From Planctomycetota bacterium (GTDB lineage Bacteria > Planctomycetota > UBA1135 > GCA-002686595), in contig SIAI01000007.1 in assembly GCA_009691855.1 (NCBI GenBank), forward strand, positions 33,935 through 97,934: 64,000 bases of DNA, written 5' to 3'. The position numbers and the translations under genes were made by a program. Positions 1-8,705 of this stretch are shown here, in pieces (the first letter of the stretch is position 1; each line of letters opens with the position of its first letter). A model generated the notes under the pieces. That model made no database searches and was not told where the DNA came from. It worked only from the letters and a program-made list of their open reading frames with translations.

Positions 1-164
1 GCCGTGAGGAGATCGAGGACCACATCTACGGCGTGCACAAGCTGCCCTCCAGCAACGCGGTGGACTCGACCGTGTGTCTCTTGCGCGCGAAGCTCGGCGC
101 GGGCAAGGACCTGATCCGCACGCTGCGCGGGCGTGGCTACGTGCTCGACGGGCCGCGCGCGTGA
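1..164 (+). CDS. OmpR/PhoB-family response regulator, C-terminal winged-helix fragment (5' part outside window)
   Basis: Frame 3 reads REEIEDHIYGVHKLPSSNAVDSTVCLLRAKLGAGKDLIRTLRGRGYVLDGPRA*, the typical '..I.TVRG.GY' end of OmpR-type wHTH domains. Stop TGA 162-164 overlaps the GTG of the next gene (GTGA). Confidence 0.75.
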   Translation, partial: REEIEDHIYGVHKLPSSNAVDSTVCLLRAKLGAGKDLIRTLRGRGYVLDGPRA

Positions 165-1573
165 AGTCGATCCGGCGCACCCTGCTGACGAACCTCGTGG
201 CCAGCGCCGCGTGCGTGCTTACCCTGGCGGGTGGCGCGCTGTACGTCGCCGTCACGCGCGCGCTCGAGGCGCAGTTCGACCAGAACCTGGTCGACCGCGT
301 GCAGGGTTTCGGCTCGATCCTGTTCCAGGACAAGGAGCAGGTCGAGTTCGAGTTCTCCGAGCAGATCATGCCCGAGTACGCCGCGCCCGCAGACGAGACC
401 TCGCCGCGCCCGGACTACTTCGAGCTGTGGTTCGCCGACGGCGAGCTGCTGGAGCGCTCGGACTCGCTGGACGGCGCCGACCTCGCGCTGCCCGCCGAGC
501 CCGGGCCCACACCCGTGCAGTGGGACGCGCCGCTGCCGGACGGTCGCGCGGGACGCTTCGTCGCGCAGCTCATCGAGGTGCACCACGTGTACCCGGAGGA
601 GGGCCCGGACCGACCCCTGGCGGCGCGCGTGCGCGTCGTGATCGCGCGCGGGCGCGAGGAGCTGGTGGCCGCCGAGCGGCGCGTGCTGTTTGCCAGCGCG
701 GGTTCGTCGCTGCTGTTGATCGCGCTGATCGCGGGCTTCTCGTGGCTGGCGGTCGAGCGTGGGCTCGCGCCGGCCAAGCGCCTGGCCGCCGAGCTCGACG
801 CGATCGAGGTCGAGCGCTTGCCGGCGCGCTTCGAGGTCGGCGAGCTGCCGGCCGAGCTGACGCCCGTGGCCGCCAAGACGGACCTCTTGATCCGCCGCGT
901 GGACGCGGCGTTGGAGCGCGAGCGGCGCACCACCGCCGACATCGCGCACGAGCTGCGCACGCCGCTCAGCGAGCTCCTGACGGTGGCCGAGGTCGCGCTG
1001 CGCGACGGCAAGGATCCAGACGGCGCGCGGCGCGCGTTGGTGACCGTGCGCGATGTCGCTGCGCGCATGGGGCGCTCGGTGGCGATGCTGCTCGAGCTCG
1101 CGCGCCTGGAGATGGGCGCGGTGCGCGTCGAGAGCGCGCCGGTGGACCTCGGCGCGCTGCTGGCCGAGCTGTTGCGCGCGCAGGAGCCGACCGTGGCCGC
1201 GCGCGAGCTGCGCGTGCACAACGCCGTCGCCGCGCCCACGATCGTGCGCGGGGATCGCGAGGTGCTGCGCATCGTCGCCTCGAACCTGCTGGGCAACGCG
1301 CTGCACTACGCCACCCCGGCGAGCAGCGTGAGCTGCCGTCTCGAGCGCGAGGGCGAACGCTGGCGCCTGGTGGTCGAGAACCACACCGACGAGCTCGAAC
1401 CCGCCGACCTCTCCTCGCTGGCGCAACCCTTCTGGCGCAAGGACCGCGCGCGCTCCGACCGCAACCGCACCGGCCTCGGTCTGGCGCTCTCGCGCGCCCT
1501 GGCCGAGCGCGCGCAGTGGCGCCTGTCGTTCGAGCTGGTCGAGAAGACCTTCCGCGCGACGCTGGCGAGCTGA
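161..1573 (+). CDS. two-component sensor histidine kinase (TM, HAMP, HisKA, HATPase_c)
   Basis: Within ORF 74..1573. H-box ADIAHELRTPLSEL, N-box LLGNALHYA, G-box RTGLGLALSRALAE. Likely start is GTG 161 (VKSIRRTLLTNLVASAACVL = TM helix), coupled to the upstream regulator stop. Confidence 0.9.
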   Translation: MKSIRRTLLTNLVASAACVLTLAGGALYVAVTRALEAQFDQNLVDRVQGFGSILFQDKEQVEFEFSEQIMPEYAAPADETSPRPDYFELWFADGELLERSDSLDGADLALPAEPGPTPVQWDAPLPDGRAGRFVAQLIEVHHVYPEEGPDRPLAARVRVVIARGREELVAAERRVLFASAGSSLLLIALIAGFSWLAVERGLAPAKRLAAELDAIEVERLPARFEVGELPAELTPVAAKTDLLIRRVDAALERERRTTADIAHELRTPLSELLTVAEVALRDGKDPDGARRALVTVRDVAARMGRSVAMLLELARLEMGAVRVESAPVDLGALLAELLRAQEPTVAARELRVHNAVAAPTIVRGDREVLRIVASNLLGNALHYATPASSVSCRLEREGERWRLVVENHTDELEPADLSSLAQPFWRKDRARSDRNRTGLGLALSRALAERAQWRLSFELVEKTFRATLAS

Positions 1574-1625
1574 ACTTCTATTCGCCGGCCGCCTGCACGG
1601 CGAGCAAGACTCCTGGAGTGGCGGA

Positions 1626-1790
1626 AAGCGCAGCGCGGAGACGCAGAGAGCGCGGAGACTCGCGCAGAAGGAAGGAGCCTGGGCCTCCGCGGTTCAGCCT
1701 GCTGGAATCCGACGCTGCGCAGGTCTTCCGCCCCGCTCCCCGTTCTTCCTCCGTGGCGCTCCGCGCTCCGCGCGTCTCCGCGCTGCGTTT
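1626..1790. repeat. ~165-nt imperfect palindrome in a convergent intergenic gap (REP/MITE-like or oversized terminator)
   Basis: The left arm contains CGCAGCGCGGAGACGC...GCGCGGAG...GGAAGGA. The reverse complement of the right arm (1741-1790) contains the same 16-nt and 8-nt blocks in the same order. Confidence 0.55.
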
Positions 1791-1849
1791 GGGTTGCGGG
1801 CGGTGCACGCGCTGAACGACTTGTTCTTTGGAAGCGCGCGGCCGCTCGC

Positions 1850-2563
1850 TCAGCGATTCAGCCGCTCGATGGCGACCTCGCCCAGCGGTTCCGGGTGCTT
1901 CACGCGCAGGCTCTCGGCCCATTCGCGCTGGAAGTCGCGGTCGAGGCGGCGGTGCACGAGGGCCACGAGGGTGAGCGCGAGCGCGGCGCCGCAGCTGGCC
2001 ATGAGCATGTCCTTGTGCGCGTCCCACACGTCGCCCTGCGTGCCGAGGTAGGCGGCGCCGAGGTCGCCGCCGAAGGCCTCGGCCGCAGCCCACTCGATCA
2101 GCTCGTACAGCATCGAGGTGGACATGACCACGTCGAGCGGCAGGAAGTAGCCCCAGAACCCGCGCGCGTCGGCCACGCGCACGAACAGCTCGCGCATCGG
2201 GTAGGCCAAGAGGAAGCCGTAGCTGAAGTGCACCAGCCGGTCGTAGTTGTTGCGCTCGAAGCCGAGCAACGCGTTCAGGCGCCGGCCGGCCAAGACCTCG
2301 AACCAATCGTCGTAGGGCACCTCGGCGTAGGTGTAGTGCGCGCCGACCTCGTGCAGCACGAGGAAGGTGAAGATCAGCGAGTAGGAGAGGCGCGAGAAGG
2401 GGAAGCGCTTCCAGGTCAGCACCAATCCGGCCACGCCCGCGGCGGCCAGCAGGTTCTCCAGCAGCCAGTCGCTGCGATACAGCGGTGCGATGCCGAGCGC
2501 GACGCCGAGCGCGAGGATCACAGCCAGCAGCGTCAGTGGCAAGCGCGTGGAGTGCCGGTGCAT
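1850..2563 (-). CDS. DUF2238 (YjdF-like) inner-membrane protein
   Basis: 237-aa polytopic membrane ORF. LHEVGAHYTYAEVPY and NNYDRLVHFSYGFLL resemble the YjdF/DUF2238 family. Its start lies 4 nt after the OsmC stop. Confidence 0.75.
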   Translation of the reverse strand: MHRHSTRLPLTLLAVILALGVALGIAPLYRSDWLLENLLAAAGVAGLVLTWKRFPFSRLSYSLIFTFLVLHEVGAHYTYAEVPYDDWFEVLAGRRLNALLGFERNNYDRLVHFSYGFLLAYPMRELFVRVADARGFWGYFLPLDVVMSTSMLYELIEWAAAEAFGGDLGAAYLGTQGDVWDAHKDMLMASCGAALALTLVALVHRRLDRDFQREWAESLRVKHPEPLGEVAIERLNR

Positions 2564-2567
2564 CGCC

Positions 2568-3020
2568 TCAGCTCGCGCGCTCGTACAGCACCACGCCGTC
2601 GCTTACGACCCTCACGCCCACCGGCAGGCCCGCGCGCACGCTGGCGGTCACGCTGCAGAAGTCCTCGAACTGTTCCAGACACTTCTGCACCTTCGTCGGC
2701 TCGACGCCCGGCAGCTCGGGATGGAGCTCCACGGCGATGCGCCCGACGCGCAGGCGCTTCTGCTCGTTGCGTACCAGCGTGGCGCGCGCCGTGGTGCGCA
2801 GCTTGCCGACCTCCACGCGGCTGCGCGACAGGCAGAACAGGAAGCTCGCGCTCAGGCAGTTCGCCGGCGCGGTGGCCAGCATGCGCGTCGGGTTAGGGCC
2901 GCCGTTCTGGCCCAGCGGCGGGCCCTCGTCGGTGACCAGCGCCGGGATGCCGTCGCCGAACTCGGCGCGGAAGCGATAGCCGTCGAGACGTTCGAGCTCG
3001 ATCAGGAAGGAGTCGCTCAT
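2568..3020 (-). CDS. OsmC/Ohr-family peroxiredoxin-like protein
   Basis: 150 aa. Two conserved Cys contexts (PANCLSASFLFCL and EDFCSVTASV) are typical of the OsmC family. Confidence 0.8.
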   Translation of the reverse strand: MSDSFLIELERLDGYRFRAEFGDGIPALVTDEGPPLGQNGGPNPTRMLATAPANCLSASFLFCLSRSRVEVGKLRTTARATLVRNEQKRLRVGRIAVELHPELPGVEPTKVQKCLEQFEDFCSVTASVRAGLPVGVRVVSDGVVLYERAS

Positions 3021-3224
3021 GGCCGTGCGGGGAGCTCGGGGTGGCTGTTCGACGCGAGTCTAGTGTCCCGTCGCGCGACTATCGCGAACGATCCGCCGCG
3101 CTGGGCCGACGTCGAGCTGCCTGGGGTCTCCTCCGACCAGCGCAGCGAAAGCTCGTCGGCGCGCTTTGGCAGCCCTCGATCCATCACGCGCGCGGCGCGG
3201 TAGCCCGCGCGGCTCCCTGGATGC

Positions 3225-3554
3225 TCAGCGCTCCGCTTGCATCCGCGTTAGCCGCAGGCGCACGCGCCCGTCGGGGCTCAGCGGCTTTACCTGCGCGAAG
3301 AGCTGCAGCACGACCAGGATCCACTCGCCCTGCTCGGCGCTGAGCTCGGCGCGCGGGGCCACGGACAGGACGAAGGGTCCGGGACGCTCGAGGACCAGGC
3401 GCGCGCTCGCGTGGCGGCGATGACTCAGCGTCAGGCGCAGCTCGAGCGGGAAAATGCAGGCCTCGCTCAGCTCGCCGCTGAGCGCCAGCCCTCCGCGGCG
3501 CGTGGGCAGGAGCGTTGGCTCGAAACGAAAAACCCGTGGGCGAGGGGCGCCCAA
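3225..3554 (-). CDS. small hypothetical protein (start uncertain)
   Basis: On the minus strand, third codon positions are almost all G/C across ~90 codons. There is no recognisable family (weak PilZ-like RR...R pattern only). It lies in an otherwise empty 580-bp gap. Confidence 0.35.
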   Translation of the reverse strand: MGAPRPRVFRFEPTLLPTRRGGLALSGELSEACIFPLELRLTLSHRRHASARLVLERPGPFVLSVAPRAELSAEQGEWILVVLQLFAQVKPLSPDGRVRLRLTRMQAER

Positions 3555-3600
3555 CCCGCCCTATCCTTTGCGCCTCCCCGCCGTCCGGAACCCGACGACC

Positions 3601-5700
3601 ATGATTTCGACCCCCTTCCGCTGCCTGACCCTCGCGCTCGTCCTCACCGTGGCCACCCCGGCCCAGGAGCTGTCCGTGCTCGATCCCGCGGCGACGCGCT
3701 GGATCACGCAGGAGGTCTCGGGCGATGCGGCCTACGCGCACATCCGCTTCATGACCACGACCGTGCACCGTCCGCGCGGCGGCAGCGATGGGCTCATGAA
3801 GGTCGCACGCTACTTCGAGGAGCGTGCGCGGGAGATCGGGCTGGACGACGTGCAGCTCATCCTGCAGCCCGACGACACGCGCCCGTGGAACGCGAAGTTC
3901 GCCGACCTGTGGCTCATGACGCCGCAGCCCGAGCGCCTGGCGAGCACGCTGCAGACCGCCGTGCACCTGGCCGACTTCAGTCGCGCGGCGGACGTCACGG
4001 CCGAACTGGTCGACATCGGCGCCGGCGCGGAGGCCGACTACGCGGGCAAGGAGGTGAAGGCGAAGCTCGTGCTCACCTACGGCTCGCTCGGCGGCGTGAT
4101 GCGCGAGGCCGTGCAGAAGCGTGGTGCGGCGGGGGTGATCTGGTATCCATCGCCGTTCTCTCCGGGCAACGGCATCGACGGCGGCGGTATGACGCGTCCG
4201 GACCAGATCCGCTGGCAGTCGATCTCGAGCGAGGACGGCGACGGCGCGCCACCGACGTTCGCCTTCGTGCTCTCGCTGCGTCAGGGGCTGCTGCTACGCC
4301 AGAAGCTCGCCGGCGCGAAGGAACCGTTGAAGGCCCACGCCGTCGTCGAGGCGAGCTTCGACTCGACCAACGGCCCGAAGCCCTGGCAGGTGCTGGTCGA
4401 GGGCTTCATCCGCGGCAGCGACGCGAGCGCGCACCAGGACGTGGTCTTCACCGGCCACATGCAGGAGGAGGCCTACTCAGCCAACGACGACGCCAGCGGC
4501 TGCGCCTCGACCCTCGAGGTCGCGCGCGCGCTGAAGGCGCTCATCGACAGTGGCCGCATCGCTCGTCCCAAGCGCAACCTGCGCTTCTGGTGGACCACCG
4601 AGATCTCCAGCGAGCGCCAGTACTTCGCCGACCACCCCGAGGTCGCGCGCGAGCTTTGGGTCGATGTGAACCAGGACATGGTCGGCGCCGACCAGTCGCT
4701 CGACATCATGAGGAAGCAGTGCGTCACGAAGCTCCCGGCCGCGCGCTTCCACTTCCTGAACGACGTGACCGAGGCGGCGCTCGAGTACGTGGTCGCGGTT
4801 AACAACTTCGAGCTGGCGCAGCTCGAGAACGGCATCGCGCTCTATCCCGAGCCGCTGGTCGCGCACAAGGGCAGCTGGCAGCGCTTCAACGCCGAGGCGA
4901 TCTACTTCCACACCAGCACCGACCACATGACCTTCCTGGAGGCGCCGATCGGGATCCCGGCGATCACCTTCACTAACATGCCCGACCGCTACATCCACTC
5001 CAGCGACGACGACCTGTGGAACATCGACGCCACGCAGCTCGGGCGCTGCGCGGCCAGCGCGGCGCTGATCGGCTACACGATGGCGAGCGCGGAGGAGCGC
5101 ACGCTGCCGCGCCTCGCGCCCGAGGTCGTCGGCCGCGGCGCCGAGCGTCTCGCGCGCAACCTGCACGTCGCGCTCACCGCGCTCACGCCGAAGGCCGCGC
5201 CGAGCGCGTTCCACGAGGGCCTCGACCAGCTCGCCTTCGCCGCCGAGCGCGAGCGCCTGGCGCTGCGCTCGCTGAAGGACGCCGGCGCGAAGCCCGCCGA
5301 GCTCGACGGATGGCTGGCGGCGCTCGCGCAACGCGAGACGCAGGCGCGTACCGAGCTCGAATCCGCCTGGCGCCGCGTCTCGGGCACGGCGACCTCGCCC
5401 GCGCGCACGAGCTCGGAGGCCGAGACGCGCCTCGCCAAGCTGCACCCCGCGCTCGTCGGCGGACCGCGGGAGTTCCAGACGAAGCGCGACGCGATCGCCG
5501 GCGTCCCCGGGCTGCACGACCTGATGGCGTATGAGGTCATGAACGCGATCGACGGCACGCGCTCGGGCCTCGACCTCGCGCGCTTCGTGGCCGCCGAGGC
5601 GCGCGAGGCCGGCGCGCACTACTACGGCACGGTCACGCCCGAGGCGGTGCTCGCCTACCTCGAGAACGCGCAGAAGAGCGGGCTGGTGAGGCTGGAGTAG
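3601..5700 (+). CDS. secreted M28-family metallopeptidase (aminopeptidase-like)
   Basis: ATG 3601 gives the signal peptide MISTPFRCLTLALVLTVATPAQ. NDDASGCASTLEVARAL and HTSTDHMTF match M28 zinc-ligand motifs. The upstream 49 codons of the ORF look non-coding. Confidence 0.85.
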   Translation: MISTPFRCLTLALVLTVATPAQELSVLDPAATRWITQEVSGDAAYAHIRFMTTTVHRPRGGSDGLMKVARYFEERAREIGLDDVQLILQPDDTRPWNAKFADLWLMTPQPERLASTLQTAVHLADFSRAADVTAELVDIGAGAEADYAGKEVKAKLVLTYGSLGGVMREAVQKRGAAGVIWYPSPFSPGNGIDGGGMTRPDQIRWQSISSEDGDGAPPTFAFVLSLRQGLLLRQKLAGAKEPLKAHAVVEASFDSTNGPKPWQVLVEGFIRGSDASAHQDVVFTGHMQEEAYSANDDASGCASTLEVARALKALIDSGRIARPKRNLRFWWTTEISSERQYFADHPEVARELWVDVNQDMVGADQSLDIMRKQCVTKLPAARFHFLNDVTEAALEYVVAVNNFELAQLENGIALYPEPLVAHKGSWQRFNAEAIYFHTSTDHMTFLEAPIGIPAITFTNMPDRYIHSSDDDLWNIDATQLGRCAASAALIGYTMASAEERTLPRLAPEVVGRGAERLARNLHVALTALTPKAAPSAFHEGLDQLAFAAERERLALRSLKDAGAKPAELDGWLAALAQRETQARTELESAWRRVSGTATSPARTSSEAETRLAKLHPALVGGPREFQTKRDAIAGVPGLHDLMAYEVMNAIDGTRSGLDLARFVAAEAREAGAHYYGTVTPEAVLAYLENAQKSGLVRLE

Positions 5701-5742
5701 CGAAACGAAGGGGCCCGAAAGCCGTTGCGTGCCCTCGCGTGC

Positions 5743-7383
5743 TCAGCGGCGCGCGAAGAACAGGAGCTCCGTCTGGTGCCACACGTCGTCCAGCAGATCC
5801 CCGTCGCCGTTCAGGTCCCGGCCCTGGTCCGCCTCGGCCACCGAATAGAGGCTGTGGTCGCGGCCGTCCGGCGGAGTGGAGCGCACGGCCAGGCCCGTGT
5901 TCGTGAGCCGGCGCGTGGCTGATTCGTAGAGGTGGAGCACGCGGTCGAGGGTGTCGCCGTCGCCGTTCAGGTCGCGGCGCTGATCCTCGTCCAGCGCCAC
6001 CAGCACGATGTCCCCGCCCAGCATGCTCGCCGGTAGGGTCGCCGCGAGATGCGTGTTCACGAGCTCACCGCTGCCTTCGTCCCAGGTGAAGAGGACGGTG
6101 TCTTCCCGGTCGCCGTCGCCGTTCCAGTCGCGCCGGGCGAGGTCCTCGTCCGAGTGGATCAAGAGCCCGTGCTCGGCGGGCTGCACCCTGCCGGCGATTC
6201 CGAGGTTCAGCGTGTCGCCCGAGCGCGGGTCGTAGAGCAAGGGCACGTAGCCCGCGAGCACGCCGTTCCGGTCCAGGTCTTCGCCCTGGGCTTCTTCGTC
6301 GACCGAGATCACGAGCCGCTCGCCCAGCGCGCTCACGCCGATGGCCTCCAGCTCCGTGCTCTCCAAGAGGTCCTGTTCGGCGTCGTAGAGCCACACGACG
6401 CGCGTCGTGTCCGACCCGTCTTGGACGGCCACGACGAACGGCTCGATCCCCGGTAGGTCCACGAGCGGGAGGAATGGGCCGAGGTTGCGGCTCGTGCCGG
6501 TGCGGGGATCGTAGACGACGTGCTCGGTCCCACGGGTGTCGTCGTGCGCGAGGATCGACCAGCGCCCGCGGTGGGGCGCAGGCGCGCTCGGGCCGCCCCC
6601 GAATGCGGGCTCCAGGACGAAGCCGGTGAGCTGCAGCGTGCGCGCTCCGACGTCGTAGAACGCGGCGACGTAGTCGCCTTCGTCTCCGTCGCCATTGAGG
6701 TCGCCGAGCTCGTCCTCGTCGGCCGCCAGGGCCACGAACTCGCCGGACACCGCTCTGACCTGCAGCGCGCCTGGCGCGCCGAGGCTGCGCGTCTCGCCGG
6801 TGCGCCGGTCGTGCACGAAGGGCTCGGTCACGTAGGAATCGGTCCGGCCGTCGCCGTCGCGATCGACGGCTTCGCGCGCGACGTCGAACGCCAGCAGGTC
6901 CCTGGTCGTGACCACGAAGGTCACCGCCAGCCCGAGATTCGTGACGCTGGCGCTGTCGCGCTCGTAGAACGCCAGCACGATGTCGTCGGCGTCCCCGTCG
7001 CCGTTGCGATCGCGACCGCCGGTGGCGAGCTCGCTCACGCCGAAGGCGAGCGTCGGGCCCAGGCTCATGACCAGCGGCGACAGGCCGTAGCCGGACGAGG
7101 GCCCTTGGCCGAGCACGAGGCCGGTGTTGGTCACGCTGTGCTGGTACAGATCGAGGACGTGGACCACGGGGTCCACCGTATCGCCGTCCCCGTTCAGGTC
7201 GCGCCCCTCCTCGCGCTCGGACACAGTCAAGATGTGCACGCTGTCCCCGTCGAACGCGGTCCCCGTGAGACCGAGGTTGGTCGTGAACGTGCGATCGAGG
7301 GGAGCGCTCGACGAGCTCGGGTGGCAGGCCGCCGTGACGAGCGACAAGAGGAACGCGAGCGCAACCGGACGAAGTGAAGCCAT
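5743..7383 (-). CDS. lipoprotein with eight Ca-binding-like 'DLNGDGD' repeats (FG-GAP/beta-propeller-like)
   Basis: ATG at 7383 gives MASLRPVALAFLLSLVTAAC (lipobox). Repeats: RDLNGDGDTVD, RDRNGDGDADD, VDRDGDGRTD, GDLNGDGDEGD, EDLDRNGVLAG, RDWNGDGDRED, RDLNGDGDTLD, RDLNGDGDLLD, spaced ~60-70 aa apart. Confidence 0.8.
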   Translation of the reverse strand: MASLRPVALAFLLSLVTAACHPSSSSAPLDRTFTTNLGLTGTAFDGDSVHILTVSEREEGRDLNGDGDTVDPVVHVLDLYQHSVTNTGLVLGQGPSSGYGLSPLVMSLGPTLAFGVSELATGGRDRNGDGDADDIVLAFYERDSASVTNLGLAVTFVVTTRDLLAFDVAREAVDRDGDGRTDSYVTEPFVHDRRTGETRSLGAPGALQVRAVSGEFVALAADEDELGDLNGDGDEGDYVAAFYDVGARTLQLTGFVLEPAFGGGPSAPAPHRGRWSILAHDDTRGTEHVVYDPRTGTSRNLGPFLPLVDLPGIEPFVVAVQDGSDTTRVVWLYDAEQDLLESTELEAIGVSALGERLVISVDEEAQGEDLDRNGVLAGYVPLLYDPRSGDTLNLGIAGRVQPAEHGLLIHSDEDLARRDWNGDGDREDTVLFTWDEGSGELVNTHLAATLPASMLGGDIVLVALDEDQRRDLNGDGDTLDRVLHLYESATRRLTNTGLAVRSTPPDGRDHSLYSVAEADQGRDLNGDGDLLDDVWHQTELLFFARR

Positions 7384-7740
7384 GGGATTTTCCAAGGATG
7401 TGGGGCGCGCCTGTGCGGGCACCCCGAGGCCCAGGATTCCAGAGCGGTGCAAGGACAACATGGAGCCTCCTGATCCGCAGGACTTGCGCCGAAGGGCAAG
7501 GGGCGGGCCATTGTCGCCCGGCTGGAGAGGACCGAGTCTCTTCGAGACAGGCTGGGGGGTGCGCCTTTCCTCGCGTTGGCGAGCCCCCCGGAGAGAAGCC
7601 ACCTCGATCGACCGTGCGCGAGCGCACACTGCGAGTGCGGATCGGCGCACTCGACCGCCCCCGTCCGAGGCCGTGTTGGCGCACCTTCGAGCACGCGCAA
7701 ATGTGTGGGCCGGCAAAGATGGAGTCGCGCCGCCGGTACG

Positions 7741-8580
7741 ATGGGAGGCGTGACAATCGCTCGCTGGTTGTTGCTCGGTTGCCTCGGCGCGGGAGCGCTC
7801 GCGAGTGCTCCGCTCGCCGTGAGCGCTCAGGCCGACGTCGAAGCTCTCGTCCTGAGGCTGGGCTCGGAGGACGACGCCGTCCGCGCGCCGGCGATCGAGG
7901 AGCTCGCCAAGGGGGGCAAGAAGGTGGGCGAGCGCTTGCTCGCCGAGTTCGCCTCGCGGACAGCGAGCGAGCGCACCGTGACCGGCGTGGTCGAAGTCCT
8001 GGGCAAGATGAGGAGGACCGGCGCGCAGCTCCTCGGGGAGCAGGTCCTCCGGCCGATCGACTCCGGCTCCATCGAGCCGATCCTGAGCGCCCTGCGGGCG
8101 GTCGGCATCTGCGGACCGCCCGCGGCCTGGACGGCGCCTTCCCTGGTGAAGCTCATCGAGCGCAAGCCCCTGAAGGCCTACCTGCAGGCGTACCTCGAGG
8201 TGAAGGACACGGCGATCATCACCCTCGGCCGACTCGGGCCGACGACTCCCGCCGCCAGGGCACTGCTGAAGCGTGAGGTCGAGGCGCCCGAGCTTGGCAC
8301 GCGCGTGTCCAGCGCCTGCGCGCTGTGGTGGACGGGCAGCGCACCGGAGGACGTGTATCCCGTGTTCATCGAGGCGCTCGCCGCGAGCGACATGCCGCTG
8401 GAGCGCGCGATCTTCGGTCTCGGAGAGATGGGCCCGCACGCGAAAGAAGCGTTGCCCAAGCTCGCGAGCCTGAACGAGCGCGTCCAGCCGCAGACGCGGA
8501 TCACGATCGACGAGGCACGGCGCAAGATCGAGGGCTTCCTGGCGCCGAACGGCCCGCGGCCTGTCGAGACGGGCAAGTAA
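7741..8580 (+). CDS. secreted HEAT-repeat protein
   Basis: ATG 7741 gives the signal MGGVTIARWLLLGCLGAGALASAPLAVSAQA. Repeated helical units (AIEELAKGGKKVGERLL, ILSALRAVGICGPPA, IFGLGEMGPHAKEALPKL) are typical of HEAT/PBS-lyase repeats. Confidence 0.7.
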   Translation: MGGVTIARWLLLGCLGAGALASAPLAVSAQADVEALVLRLGSEDDAVRAPAIEELAKGGKKVGERLLAEFASRTASERTVTGVVEVLGKMRRTGAQLLGEQVLRPIDSGSIEPILSALRAVGICGPPAAWTAPSLVKLIERKPLKAYLQAYLEVKDTAIITLGRLGPTTPAARALLKREVEAPELGTRVSSACALWWTGSAPEDVYPVFIEALAASDMPLERAIFGLGEMGPHAKEALPKLASLNERVQPQTRITIDEARRKIEGFLAPNGPRPVETGK

Positions 8581-8681
8581 CCGCCCGCGCGCTTGCGCTG
8601 CGACGAGCCCGAGCTCGGCCGTGTTCGGCTCGTGTCGTTCCATGGATCAGGCTTGTGGACTCCCTCGTCGTCTGCTGAAAT

Positions 8682-8700
8682 ACGAATTGCATTCGCATTC
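8682..8700. promoter_or_regulatory. candidate TetR operator / promoter element
   Basis: AT-rich island ACGAATTGCATTCGCATTC 6 nt upstream of the TetR ATG. It contains the inverted repeat CGAAT-TGC-ATTCG and a tandem GCATTC GCATTC. Confidence 0.35.
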
Positions 8701-8705
8701 GACCC

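Noticed and set aside
1660-1690. GAAGGAAGGAGCC string reminiscent of the SRP (4.5S) RNA conserved GGAAGGAAGCAGC motif.
   Set aside because: The flanking sequence lacks the symmetric-loop and tetraloop helix of SRP RNA. The string is part of the large palindrome arm.
6065-7756. 563-aa minus-strand ORF. Similar very long ORFs are 133..1815, 15587..17236, 18449..20107, 22719..24866, 26191..28785, 31465..33393 and 57227..59116.
   Set aside because: These are Arg/Ala/Pro/Gly-dominated translations with no motifs. They lie out of frame with or antisense to genes that have clear family signatures. They are the classic shadow ORFs of GC-rich DNA.
7384-8643. The 420-codon N-terminal extension of the 966-aa ORF 5743..8643.
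   Set aside because: The extension is low-complexity and antisense to the HEAT-repeat gene. A proper lipoprotein signal begins at the ATG at 7383.
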